This document shows positions 1 to 8,314 of a stretch of 64,000 nt of DNA, one piece after another. The notes beneath the pieces are model-generated. The model was not told the DNA's origin. It did not search any database and saw only the letters and a list, made by a program, of their open reading frames with translations. The stretch is from an uncultured Rhizobium sp. (lineage in GTDB: Bacteria; Bacteroidota; Bacteroidia; NS11-12g; UBA955): NCBI GenBank assembly GCA_964527775.1, contig CAZGQS010000002.1, positions 105,701 to 169,700 on the forward strand, in the 5' to 3' direction. Each line of letters opens with the position of its first letter. The first letter of the stretch is position 1. A program made the translations under genes and the position numbers.

Positions 1-495
1 AAAGCTTTGACAGTAGGTTCTGTTACCTTGGAAGCTCGCTTGATGGAAGAGGTTGCTAAAATTGGTGAAAAAATTGACGTAGTAAAATACGAAATCATTG
101 AAGGAGCTAACTTAGTGCCTTACATTCACGGTGCAAATCGTATGGGTGTTTTGGTTGAACTAAGCAATGCGCCATCTGAAGCTAATATGGCAGCTGGTAA
201 AGACGTAGCAATGCAAATCGCTGCAATGAATCCAGTAGCAGTAGATAAAGACGGTGTTGACGCAACTACTATTGAGCGTGAGCTTGAAATTGGTCGTGAA
301 CAAGCCCGTCAAGAAGGTAAGCCAGAAGCGATGATTGATAAAATTGCAGAAGGTAAACTTCAGAAATTTTACAAAGAGTCAACTTTGTTGAACCAAGAAT
401 TTGTAAAAGATAGCTCCAAGACTGTGGCAGCTATGTTGAGTTCAATTGAATCTGGTTTGACTGTAAAGCAGTTCAAAAGGGTTCAATTAGGATAA
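1..495 (+). CDS. tsf: Elongation factor Ts, C-terminal part (5' end lies upstream of the window)
   Basis: Frame-1 ORF is open from base 1 to the stop at 493-495. The translation ([18 protein letters not shown]...[26 protein letters not shown]) matches the conserved EF-Ts C-terminal region. It sits in the classical tsf-pyrH neighbourhood and is followed by a terminator. Confidence 0.9.
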   Translation, partial: KALTVGSVTLEARLMEEVAKIGEKIDVVKYEIIEGANLVPYIHGANRMGVLVELSNAPSEANMAAGKDVAMQIAAMNPVAVDKDGVDATTIERELEIGREQARQEGKPEAMIDKIAEGKLQKFYKESTLLNQEFVKDSSKTVAAMLSSIESGLTVKQFKRVQLG

Positions 496-513
496 GAAAA
501 ATAATTACAGAAA

Positions 514-541
514 AATCCTCCGAAATCGGGGGATTTTTTTT
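514..541 (+). terminator. Rho-independent terminator after tsf
   Basis: Stem AATCCTCCG (514-522) pairs with CGGGGGATT (527-535), with one G.U pair. The loop is AAAT and a T7 run follows (536-541). Confidence 0.8.
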
Positions 542-560
542 GTGCATATACCAAAACGAA

Positions 561-568
561 TAAATTTG
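561..568 (+). promoter_or_regulatory. -7 promoter box TAAATTTG (Bacteroidota TAnnTTTG type) for pyrH
   Basis: Perfect TAnnTTTG lies 15 nt upstream of ATG 584. It sits inside the longer GTG-542 ORF, which argues for the 584 start. Confidence 0.5.
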
Positions 569-583
569 TCAAAGATTAATCAA

Positions 584-1297
584 ATGAAATACAAACGAAT
601 ACTCCTCAAACTCAGTGGCGAAAGTCTTTTAGGATCTCAAGATTACGGTATTGATCCAACCGTCTTGGCTCAATATGCAAAAGAAGTAAAGTCAGTTGTT
701 GATCAAGGAGTAGAAGTGGCCATCGTAATTGGTGGTGGAAATATTTTTAGAGGAGTTCAAGGTGCACAAGGTGGCGTAGTAGATCGTGCTACCGGTGATT
801 ATATGGGTATGTTGGCCACCATGATGAATGCAATGGCTATACAAGGCTCATTTGAGAAGTTTGGATTGATTACACGACTTCTGAGCGCCATTAAAATGGA
901 ACAAATAGGTGAGCCATTCATTAGACGTCGTGCTATAAGGCATTTGGAAAAAGGTCGTGTTGTAATTTTTGGTGCAGGTACGGGTAATCCATATTTTACC
1001 ACAGACACAGCGGCGTCATTGCGTGCCGTAGAGATTGAGGCTGATATTGTTTTAAAGGGTACGAGGGTTGATGGTATTTATGACTCTGATCCAGAAAAGA
1101 ATCCAACCGCAAAAAAATACCAGCAAATCACTTTCAAAGAAGTCTATGATTTAGGTTTAAATGTGATGGATCTTACCGCTATTACGTTGTGTCAAGAGAA
1201 TAATAAGCCCATTGTAGTTTTTGATATGAACCAACCGGGAAATCTGTTGAAACTGATGCAAGGTGAGTCAATTGGTACTTTGGTGGTAAACGAGTAA
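584..1297 (+). CDS. pyrH: UMP kinase
   Basis: [15 protein letters not shown]..., [11 protein letters not shown] and [16 protein letters not shown] are typical PyrH amino-acid-kinase motifs. Located downstream of tsf. Confidence 0.92.
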   Translation: MKYKRILLKLSGESLLGSQDYGIDPTVLAQYAKEVKSVVDQGVEVAIVIGGGNIFRGVQGAQGGVVDRATGDYMGMLATMMNAMAIQGSFEKFGLITRLLSAIKMEQIGEPFIRRRAIRHLEKGRVVIFGAGTGNPYFTTDTAASLRAVEIEADIVLKGTRVDGIYDSDPEKNPTAKKYQQITFKEVYDLGLNVMDLTAITLCQENNKPIVVFDMNQPGNLLKLMQGESIGTLVVNE

Positions 1298-1304
1298 ACT
1301 TCTG

Positions 1305-1312
1305 TACCTTTG
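1305..1312 (+). promoter_or_regulatory. -7 box TACCTTTG, 4 nt before ATG 1317 (leaderless candidate)
   Basis: Perfect TAnnTTTG, then spacer GTAC, then ATG. Confidence 0.5.
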
Positions 1313-1316
1313 GTAC

Positions 1317-1976
1317 ATGAAGTTTAGGTATTTTTTATCGATGGTCCTTATTTGGATTGTGAATGTCCAAATGGAATGTGTTGGAAATGAAGAAGAATTG
1401 CCTCTTTCGGAATCATTGAAATCTTATTTTATTCCCCCTGGAGATTGGTATGGTAAAAAGTATGTATATGCCAACCTTGACGATACCACCGAATTAGATA
1501 CTTATGATATAAGTTATATTTATAACCATTCAAAGCAGTTTGATGATATTACGCGTGGTGAAGGTATGGATTTATACATGGGTACCAAAAGTCAAAATAT
1601 TTATGTTTGGTGTTATGCCTATCTGAATAAGCCTTCGGTAATGGTGGATGTTTTCATGCCCTATTACGATCCTGTTTTTTATATAAATCCTAAACTAGAT
1701 AGTTCGGCCCAGTATCACAAAACTGAGTGGATAGGTCATTCTAAGGCCTTGACGAGCTATTCTACGCCTTGGAGAACCTATAATGATGTAATTGAATCTG
1801 ATCAGAATTACAAGGGCCCAGCTAACCCGAATGGGTTTAATTCAAAAGGAATTGGATTTGGACGATTGAAATGGGCTAAGAATGTAGGGTTGATTTATTT
1901 CGAAGGATTTTTTGGGCCTGATTTTAAGACCAATCCGGAACTGAAGAGGGTTGTGTTGAAGGAGATAATTAACTAA
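1317..1976 (+). CDS. Hypothetical protein with an N-terminal hydrophobic (signal/anchor) segment
   Basis: 219-aa ORF with N-terminus MKFRYFLSMVLIWIVNV. I recognise no family. It has its own -7 box and a terminator downstream. Confidence 0.6.
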   Translation: MKFRYFLSMVLIWIVNVQMECVGNEEELPLSESLKSYFIPPGDWYGKKYVYANLDDTTELDTYDISYIYNHSKQFDDITRGEGMDLYMGTKSQNIYVWCYAYLNKPSVMVDVFMPYYDPVFYINPKLDSSAQYHKTEWIGHSKALTSYSTPWRTYNDVIESDQNYKGPANPNGFNSKGIGFGRLKWAKNVGLIYFEGFFGPDFKTNPELKRVVLKEIIN

Positions 1977-2006
1977 TAAACAGCTTTAGAAAATAGAGCA
2001 TAAAAA

Positions 2007-2030
2007 AAGAGCCGTTTACGCGGCTCTTTT
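2007..2030. terminator. Bidirectional rho-independent terminator shared by the convergent genes 1317-1976 and rpsT
   Basis: Stem AGAGCCG (2008-2014) pairs with CGGCTCT (2021-2027). An A-run precedes it and a T-run follows, so it can work on both strands. Confidence 0.75.
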
Positions 2031-2059
2031 CTGTTATTAAAGTTGTTTGTGGTAATTGA

Positions 2060-2314
2060 TTATGCTAATGCATTAACATGCTTTTGCAAGCTTGATTTCA
2101 AGTTACCTGCTTTGTTTTTGTGGATGATGTTTTTCTTCGCCAATTTGTCAAGAGCGGTGAAAGCAGATTTCAATAAAGTTTCAGCTTCAGCTTTATTTTC
2201 TGAATTTCTTACATTCTTGATAATAGTACGAGCGGTTTTATGTTGATAACGGTTCAACTCTTTTTTCGCGTTATTCGCTCTGATTCTCTTTATTGCTGAT
2301 TTATGATTTGCCAT
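2060..2314 (-). CDS. rpsT: 30S ribosomal protein S20
   Basis: MANHKSAIKRIRANNAKKELNRYQHKTARTIIKNV is a canonical S20 N-terminus. 84 aa and basic. Confidence 0.95.
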   Translation of the reverse strand: MANHKSAIKRIRANNAKKELNRYQHKTARTIIKNVRNSENKAEAETLLKSAFTALDKLAKKNIIHKNKAGNLKSSLQKHVNALA

Positions 2315-2334
2315 TTCTTCTTACAAAAGGAGTG

Positions 2335-2342
2335 CAAAGATA
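2335..2342 (-). promoter_or_regulatory. -7 box TATCTTTG for rpsT
   Basis: Minus strand reads TATCTTTG, then 20 nt, then ATG. An ATTG (-33-like TTG) lies about 20 nt further upstream. Confidence 0.55.
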
Positions 2343-2379
2343 ACACACAGTGACTTCATTAGCAATTTTTTTCAAAAAA

Positions 2380-2703
2380 TTATTCACTTTCTGGTGCAAG
2401 TCTAACAATTAGGCCATCCAACTGATCGTTTAAATGCAGTTGACAGCCCAATCTAGAGTTATTTTTTACGTAAAAAGCTTGATCGAGCATGTCAAGTTCG
2501 GCGTCTGATTGTTCAGGTAATTCATGATTGCTTTCTACATAAACTTGACATGTAGCGCACATGGCCATACCACCACATTCACCTTTAACGGGTAATTCTA
2601 TGGCTTTGCAAAATTCCATGAGATTCAATCCCATATCAGTTGGGGCTTCGTATGTTTGTGTGTTTCCATCACGGTCTATGATGGTGATATTTATGGAGTT
2701 CAT
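2380..2703 (-). CDS. 2Fe-2S ferredoxin (adrenodoxin/putidaredoxin type)
   Basis: The Cys ligand pattern CGGMAMCATC plus a distal GCQ is typical of vertebrate-type [2Fe-2S] ferredoxins. 107 aa. Confidence 0.85.
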   Translation of the reverse strand: MNSINITIIDRDGNTQTYEAPTDMGLNLMEFCKAIELPVKGECGGMAMCATCQVYVESNHELPEQSDAELDMLDQAFYVKNNSRLGCQLHLNDQLDGLIVRLAPESE

Positions 2704-3329
2704 GATTTAAGATGTTCTGTACAATTGGTTAGTTTGATTTTGTAGTGTTCTGGATTTTGAGCATCTTGCTCCAAGATGTAGAGGCATAAGTTTTCATGTC
2801 CAAAATTATCCATTTGAGATAAGGGAGTTTGTGTCAAAAGACACAGAAAACTTCTTATGGCTCTGCCGTGCATACAAATCAGTATAGGTGATGTATCATC
2901 AGATTCTATGATTTTGAGCGCTGACTTTTGTCTATTATACATTGATTGCGCCGATTCGCCGTTTTCACAAGCGGCTTCATAATCGCCGTTCCTCCATTTT
3001 TTAGAAATGGTTAAAAAGTGTTGATACCTTTCCGGGGTAGGTTCTTGGCCTTCTAATATGCCCCAATTTATTTCGTTGAGATCTGGGAGGATGGTGAGCT
3101 GCTGCCCATTTTGAACAAAGGGTGCAACACTTTGATGCGTTCTTTGTAGCTCGGATACATAAATTTTTTGGAATGGAATATGTTGGTAAGAACGATGAAA
3201 AAGCTTGGCCTGTTTGTGTCCCTCCTCGTTTAAAACAGAGTCAAGTCCAGATCCTTGAACGATTCCTCGAAGATTATAGTCTGTTTGTCCGTGTCTGATG
3301 AGATAAATTGTTTTTTTGGATGTAGTCAT
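2700..3329 (-). CDS. Histidine phosphatase family protein (phosphoglycerate-mutase-like)
   Basis: RHG motif in IYLIRHGQTDYN, with a distal H in CMHGRAIR. Its 3' end overlaps the ferredoxin start by 4 nt. Confidence 0.85.
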   Translation of the reverse strand: MTTSKKTIYLIRHGQTDYNLRGIVQGSGLDSVLNEEGHKQAKLFHRSYQHIPFQKIYVSELQRTHQSVAPFVQNGQQLTILPDLNEINWGILEGQEPTPERYQHFLTISKKWRNGDYEAACENGESAQSMYNRQKSALKIIESDDTSPILICMHGRAIRSFLCLLTQTPLSQMDNFGHENLCLYILEQDAQNPEHYKIKLTNCTEHLKS

Positions 3330-3343
3330 TGACCTTTGTAATT

Positions 3344-3796
3344 ATGTCAGAATCAATTTGGTTTGATGCCGCAAATATAACTATTGACGGATTGAATGCC
3401 CGCTGTGATAGAACGATGAATACGGCAATAGGTTTGTTTTTTACGTCAATAGATGAACAAAGTTTAACTGCAAAAATGGTGGTGAGTGAACAAAATTGCC
3501 AACCATTGGGAATGTTGAACGGGGGCGCATCTATGGCGGCAATAGAAATTGTGGGTTCTATGGCAGCAAATCTTGTTTTAAATAGAAGTGAACGGGTGGC
3601 AGTTGGTCAAAATATTCAAGGAAGTCATTTTCGTCCGGCATTTATTGGGGAAGAGGTTTGGGCAACCGGAAAACCCTTGCATTTAGGTTCTAGGTCTCAG
3701 ATTTGGGAAGTCGAATTAACAAATTCAAGGAATAAATTGATTTGTAAAGGAAGCATTACTATGGCAGTGATTCCAAATCCAAAGAGAAATGGATAA
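3344..3796 (+). CDS. Hotdog-fold thioesterase (PaaI / DHNA-CoA hydrolase-like)
   Basis: LNGGASMAAIEIVGSMAA...GSHFRPA...GSRSQIWEVEL is a PaaI-type pattern. The gene overlaps menF by 8 nt, which fits a menaquinone thioesterase. ATG 3344 is preferred over TTG 3329. Confidence 0.75.
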   Translation: MSESIWFDAANITIDGLNARCDRTMNTAIGLFFTSIDEQSLTAKMVVSEQNCQPLGMLNGGASMAAIEIVGSMAANLVLNRSERVAVGQNIQGSHFRPAFIGEEVWATGKPLHLGSRSQIWEVELTNSRNKLICKGSITMAVIPNPKRNG

Positions 3797-4793
3797 TCAG
3801 TTCTTACTCTTAAGGAGTCCCCGAAAAAGTAGTAAAGGCGTACTTGATTATTACTCAGGATCATTGGTTGATTGGGATGGTAAAAGGAATGAACATGAAG
3901 CAAAAGCACTAATAAAGCCTTGGAACGGAGAGAAAATTAGAACTTTTAAAGATGGTGGTGTTGAAATCTCAGGTGATGAATTAAAGAAGAAATTGGGTGA
4001 TATGGAGATTCAACTTTCTGAATTAGTGGAAAGCTCAACGTGGTTACATTTTTCAGAGCAAGTTGAGAAGATCAAAGAAGGTATTTTGCAGAATAAGTTT
4101 CAGAAGGTGGTGTTGAGTAGGGTGAAATGGGTTGAATTTCAGAGTTTGTTATCAGTTGATTCATTGTTGCAGATTTTTAAAAATGCTTGTGATACCTATG
4201 TAAATAGCTTGGTTTATTTGTTTTGTACAAAAGAACACGGTATTTGGATGGGAGCTTCACCGGAAATTTTGGTTGAAATTGAAGCAGATGAAATGCGCAC
4301 CATGAGTTTGGCGGGTACTTTATTTAATCAAGAAGAAATATGGTCAGATAAGGAGGAGCGGGAGCAGTCAGTTACGGCTTTGCATATTTCAGAAACATTA
4401 AATTCTTTGGGCCTAAAAGAGCATAAATCTGAAGTTGAAGAAATTACAAATGGAAGCATCAGACATTTAGTTCAGTATCATCAGGCTAATATTCAAGGTA
4501 TAGATTTAGGACAATTAATATCTAGGCTGCATCCTACGCCAGCGGTTGCGGGATATCCGATAAACGATTCGGTTCAAATGATTGAAGAATTGGAGCTGCA
4601 TCAAAGAGAATTATATACTGGTTTTATAGGTGATACTCAAGAGGTATATGTGAATTTGCGTTGTGCGCAAATTTTCAAAAATGGAATTAAATTGTTTTCG
4701 GGATGCGGCATCAATTCACAGAGTGATTCTGAGCGAGAATGGCAGGAAACCGAATTGAAAATGAGGGTTATAGGTGACTTATTCGTCGTCTGA
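3789..4793 (+). CDS. menF: Isochorismate synthase
   Basis: Chorismate-binding motifs MSLAGT, LHPTPAVAGYP, RELYTGFIG and LRCAQI. Confidence 0.85.
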   Translation: MDNQFLLLRSPRKSSKGVLDYYSGSLVDWDGKRNEHEAKALIKPWNGEKIRTFKDGGVEISGDELKKKLGDMEIQLSELVESSTWLHFSEQVEKIKEGILQNKFQKVVLSRVKWVEFQSLLSVDSLLQIFKNACDTYVNSLVYLFCTKEHGIWMGASPEILVEIEADEMRTMSLAGTLFNQEEIWSDKEEREQSVTALHISETLNSLGLKEHKSEVEEITNGSIRHLVQYHQANIQGIDLGQLISRLHPTPAVAGYPINDSVQMIEELELHQRELYTGFIGDTQEVYVNLRCAQIFKNGIKLFSGCGINSQSDSEREWQETELKMRVIGDLFVV

Positions 4794-5786
4794 ATCGGTA
4801 GATTCTGAATCGGCAGGAGCGTCATCCTCTTTTTCCGAACCTTCGCCGTATTTTCCTCTTTTTTGAGGCATTTCAGGAGCATGTTTCAATTTCATGCGAT
4901 CTTTGGGAAGTTCTGCTGGACGACGGTCAGCGTCAATGCTTCTAGGGTCTGCAAAAGGCATTTCATCGGTGACAGGCTTTAGTACCCATGAAAATTTTTC
5001 TGGATAATAAGCAAAATAATCGCCTGTGGGGATGTTGTACCAGGGGTTTCCTTTGACTTTTTCGTATGCTGGTGCCAATTCATCTAAGACGATGTAGTTG
5101 ACTTCGGGTTGGAAGCGAAGGGTCATTTTTGCAGATTTGTGGTATTCAAAAATGACTCTAGGTTCAGGGGTTGGATCTTCTTCACCATCGCGAAACATTT
5201 CAGTGCCAAAAAGAGGTTCTCCATCTTCAAAATAGAGAGTTTCTAAAATGGATCTGTTGCTGTTGATGTTATGTCCGTCAAATCCGCACAAAATGTAAAT
5301 GTCCTTTTTGTTGCGTTTGTATGGAATCATTTGGTAATAAAGTGCGCCAATCCATTGAGAGGTAGAAAGCGATTCGGCGGTAGGCTCTTTTGGGAGATTT
5401 TCTGCGGTATCAATGAGGGCATAGGTTTTGATGCCACCTTTGGTTTTCCATTGAAGGACACCGTAATGTTGGAATTTTCCGTTTTCTAAAATGGCATTGA
5501 AGGTGAAAATTCTAACGGGAGCTTTAGGAGCTGTTATTACTGGGATAGTAGAATAGCGCAAGGAATCGAAAGGGTATTCAAACGATTCTTTGTGGGTGAG
5601 TCCTTCCATGAGGAGTTCCACTATTTCCTCAGCCGCCGCGATTTTTTCTTTATCGGGCGACTGAGAAATAGGGGTTTGATTTATTTCTAAGATGCGTTTT
5701 TCGAGTTCTTTAGGGGTCAATTGAGCGAAGGCTGCGTTAAAGCATCCCCCGAAAAAAAGAATGGATGAAAGAATTCTATTTCGCAT
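4779..5786 (-). CDS. Hypothetical secreted protein with an acidic C-terminal tail
   Basis: Signal peptide MRNRILSSILFFGGCFNAAFAQ. No family recognised. The tail is EDDAPADSESTDSDDE. Its 3' end overlaps the 3' end of menF by 15 nt (convergent). Confidence 0.65.
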   Translation of the reverse strand: MRNRILSSILFFGGCFNAAFAQLTPKELEKRILEINQTPISQSPDKEKIAAAEEIVELLMEGLTHKESFEYPFDSLRYSTIPVITAPKAPVRIFTFNAILENGKFQHYGVLQWKTKGGIKTYALIDTAENLPKEPTAESLSTSQWIGALYYQMIPYKRNKKDIYILCGFDGHNINSNRSILETLYFEDGEPLFGTEMFRDGEEDPTPEPRVIFEYHKSAKMTLRFQPEVNYIVLDELAPAYEKVKGNPWYNIPTGDYFAYYPEKFSWVLKPVTDEMPFADPRSIDADRRPAELPKDRMKLKHAPEMPQKRGKYGEGSEKEDDAPADSESTDSDDE

Positions 5787-5798
5787 ATTAGATTAGTT

Positions 5799-6983
5799 TT
5801 AGCAGTTTTCAATGACCATTGCTGACGCACCGCCACCGCCGTTGCAGATACCTGCACCGCCGATTTTTCCGTTGTTTTGTTTCAAAACATTCAAAAGTGT
5901 CACCATAACTCTTGCGCCTGATGCACCCAATGGATGTCCCAAAGAAACGGCACCACCGTTTACGTTTACCTTTGAAGGATCTAGGTTCATTAATTTGATG
6001 TTCGCTAGTCCAACTACGGCAAACGCTTCGTTTAATTCAACAAAGTCAAGGTCTGACATCTCTAGGTTAGCGCGTTTTACTGCTTTCGGAAGAGCTTCAC
6101 TTGGGGTTGTAGTAAACCACTCAGGAGCTTGTTCGGCATCGGCAACACCCACAATCTTTGCAAGAGGGGTAAGTCCGAGTTCTTTCAACTTTTCGCCGCT
6201 TACCAATACCATAACAGCAGCGCCGTCATTGATGGTTGATGCATTTGCGGCAGTTACGGTTCCGTCTTTTTTGAAAACAGGACGCAACTCAGGTATTTTA
6301 TCAAACTTTACGTTTTTGTATTCTTCGTCTTCGGAAATGGTGATATCGCCTTTTTTTGTGGAAATGGTTACTGGAGCGATTTCGTCGTTGAATTTACCTT
6401 CTGTCCAAGCCTTTGCTGAACGTTTGTAACTTTCGATGGCGAAATTGTCTTGGTCTTCGCGGCTGAAGTTGTATTCTGCGGCACAGGTTTCGGCGCAAGT
6501 TCCCATCAAGGTGTTTGAGTAAACATCGGTTAAGCCGTCATGCACTATGGCATCAATAGCTTGGAAGTTTCCGTATTTATATCCTGCACGACTATTGGGA
6601 AGGTAATGTGGAGCGAGGCTCATGTTTTCCATACCGCCTGCAACTACTACATCTGCATAACCAAGTTGAATGCTTTGCATACCCAAAGCAATGGCTTTCA
6701 TTCCACTTGCACAAACCTTATTGATGGTTGTAGCAGGAACATGGTCAGGGATGCCTGCAAATTTTGAGGCTTGGCGCGCAGGTGCTTGTCCAACTCCGGC
6801 TTGTAAAACATTGCCCATCAGTACTTCTTCTACTTGATCTGCACTTAACCCGGCTTGTTCCAACGCGGCTTTAATGGCTACGGCTCCTAATTTTGTGGCG
6901 GGCACTGAAGAAAGTGCTCCATTGAAGCTCCCCAATGGAGTTCTTTTGGCACCAACGATGAAAACTTCTCTTGTCATGTTCAA
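5799..6983 (-). CDS. Acetyl-CoA C-acetyltransferase (thiolase II)
   Basis: Active-site context INKVCASGMKA, plus NVNGGAVSLGHPLGASG and the C-terminal ICNGGGGASAMVIE. Confidence 0.93.
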   Translation of the reverse strand: MNMTREVFIVGAKRTPLGSFNGALSSVPATKLGAVAIKAALEQAGLSADQVEEVLMGNVLQAGVGQAPARQASKFAGIPDHVPATTINKVCASGMKAIALGMQSIQLGYADVVVAGGMENMSLAPHYLPNSRAGYKYGNFQAIDAIVHDGLTDVYSNTLMGTCAETCAAEYNFSREDQDNFAIESYKRSAKAWTEGKFNDEIAPVTISTKKGDITISEDEEYKNVKFDKIPELRPVFKKDGTVTAANASTINDGAAVMVLVSGEKLKELGLTPLAKIVGVADAEQAPEWFTTTPSEALPKAVKRANLEMSDLDFVELNEAFAVVGLANIKLMNLDPSKVNVNGGAVSLGHPLGASGARVMVTLLNVLKQNNGKIGGAGICNGGGGASAMVIENC

Positions 6984-7010
6984 TTCTTTTGGATACGCGA
7001 ATTTACGAAT

Positions 7011-7018
7011 TAACTTTG
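7011..7018 (+). promoter_or_regulatory. -7 box TAACTTTG, 4 nt before the tsaB ATG (leaderless candidate)
   Basis: TAACTTTG-AGGT-ATG(7023). Confidence 0.55.
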
Positions 7019-7022
7019 AGGT

Positions 7023-7703
7023 ATGATTCTCGTGATTGAGTCCTCGGCTGATTACCCATCGGTTTGTTTAACGGACGAACAAGGTAATTTGTTGTGGAGC
7101 GAAACGGTTTTTGTGAAGCAATCGCATTCTGAGCAACTCCCATTGTTGGTGGAGAAAGCGTTTTTAAAGTTGAGGGGTGAGGGTGGAGAGTTGAGAGCGG
7201 TGGCGGTGAATGAAGGTCCGGGCAGTTATACGGGTTTGAGGATAGGGGTGAGTTTGGCAAAAGGAATTTGCTATTCCATGGGATGTAAACTATTGTCAAT
7301 TAATGGATTGGTTGCAATGTCGGAGTGGGCCATTGATCAAAGATATTTAGGTGAGGGTTCAGTTTGCGCCATGCTTGATGCACGTAGAGATGAGGTTTAT
7401 ATTGCCATTTTAGATTATCAAGGGGAGGTTATAAAAGAGGTTGAGGCTTTGGTTTTAACCGAAGGATGTTTAGATGGACTGATAGATTTAAATGCTACAG
7501 TGTTCATTGGAAATAGCGGAGAAAAGGCACAAAGATTATTGTCTGCACCTGAAGCGAAAATCATTGATGGACCCGAAGCTCATATGTTTGCAAAGAAAGC
7601 TGCCCAGAAATTTAGGAATGGTGAATTTGAAGATGTTGCTTATTTCGAACCCCATTATTTAAAGGAATTTATTGCAGGGATATCTCAAAAATTTTCGGTT
7701 TGA
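7023..7703 (+). CDS. tsaB: tRNA t6A37 threonylcarbamoyl transfer protein TsaB
   Basis: MILVIESSADYPSVCL...NEGPGSYTGLRIGVSLAKG is the TsaB/YeaZ signature. Confidence 0.88.
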   Translation: MILVIESSADYPSVCLTDEQGNLLWSETVFVKQSHSEQLPLLVEKAFLKLRGEGGELRAVAVNEGPGSYTGLRIGVSLAKGICYSMGCKLLSINGLVAMSEWAIDQRYLGEGSVCAMLDARRDEVYIAILDYQGEVIKEVEALVLTEGCLDGLIDLNATVFIGNSGEKAQRLLSAPEAKIIDGPEAHMFAKKAAQKFRNGEFEDVAYFEPHYLKEFIAGISQKFSV

Positions 7704-8314
7704 TAGGGTTTATTGAAAATTTTGATTCTTTCAGTTACAACTTGGTGCATTATTTGCGCAAAGGTGGAGTTGAAGTGATGATTTTTGAGAATCACGAATT
7801 GTTGTTGAGGTGGCAAGAATTGGAAAAGTGTGATGCCTTTCTTATAGGTCCAGGTCCTAATGAACCTGAAAATTCAGGAGATTTAATGGTAATAATGCCG
7901 CAGTTGGTTGATTTGAAAAAGCCCATTTTAGGTGTCTGTTTGGGACATCAAGCATTGGGACAGTTTTTTGGATGGGAATTGCGGAGAGCAAAGTTTCCCG
8001 TTCATGGAAAATCATCGGTAATTTCTCATAAAGATATAGGGCTATTTAAAGGATTACCTCAGCAGTTGCAAATAGGTCGGTATCATTCTTTGGTGGTTGA
8101 TGATACTGAAAGTTCTGATGTTGGATTTTCGTATTTGGAAGTTTTAGCCAGGGCGGAGGACCATGAAATTATGGCCTTTCAGCACAGGTATGAGTCTATT
8201 TTTGGAGTTCAATTTCACCCTGAGAGTGTTTTAACACCGCATGGTCAAGAATTAATCAATAACTGGTTGAGTTTAGTAAGAATGGAATCTACGTCGAAGC
8301 CTTCGTCTTCTTGA
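7700..8314 (+). CDS. Glutamine amidotransferase component II of anthranilate/aminodeoxychorismate synthase
   Basis: IENFDSFSYNLVHYL, GVCLGHQALG (catalytic Cys) and FGVQFHPES (His/Glu). The TTG start overlaps the tsaB stop (TTGA). Confidence 0.85.
   Translation: MIGFIENFDSFSYNLVHYLRKGGVEVMIFENHELLLRWQELEKCDAFLIGPGPNEPENSGDLMVIMPQLVDLKKPILGVCLGHQALGQFFGWELRRAKFPVHGKSSVISHKDIGLFKGLPQQLQIGRYHSLVVDDTESSDVGFSYLEVLARAEDHEIMAFQHRYESIFGVQFHPESVLTPHGQELINNWLSLVRMESTSKPSSS

Noticed and set aside
5812-6429. 205-aa antisense ORF inside the thiolase gene. Similar long antisense ORFs occur at 49028-49504 (in the C1 peptidase gene), 31099-31419 (in bshB1), 7003-7299 (opposite tsaB) and 41568-41840 / 42360-42581 (in groEL).
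   Set aside because: The opposite strand encodes strongly conserved proteins. The antisense translations are low-complexity (Pro/Ser/Ala/Phe-rich) with no motifs, as expected from codon-bias shadow ORFs.
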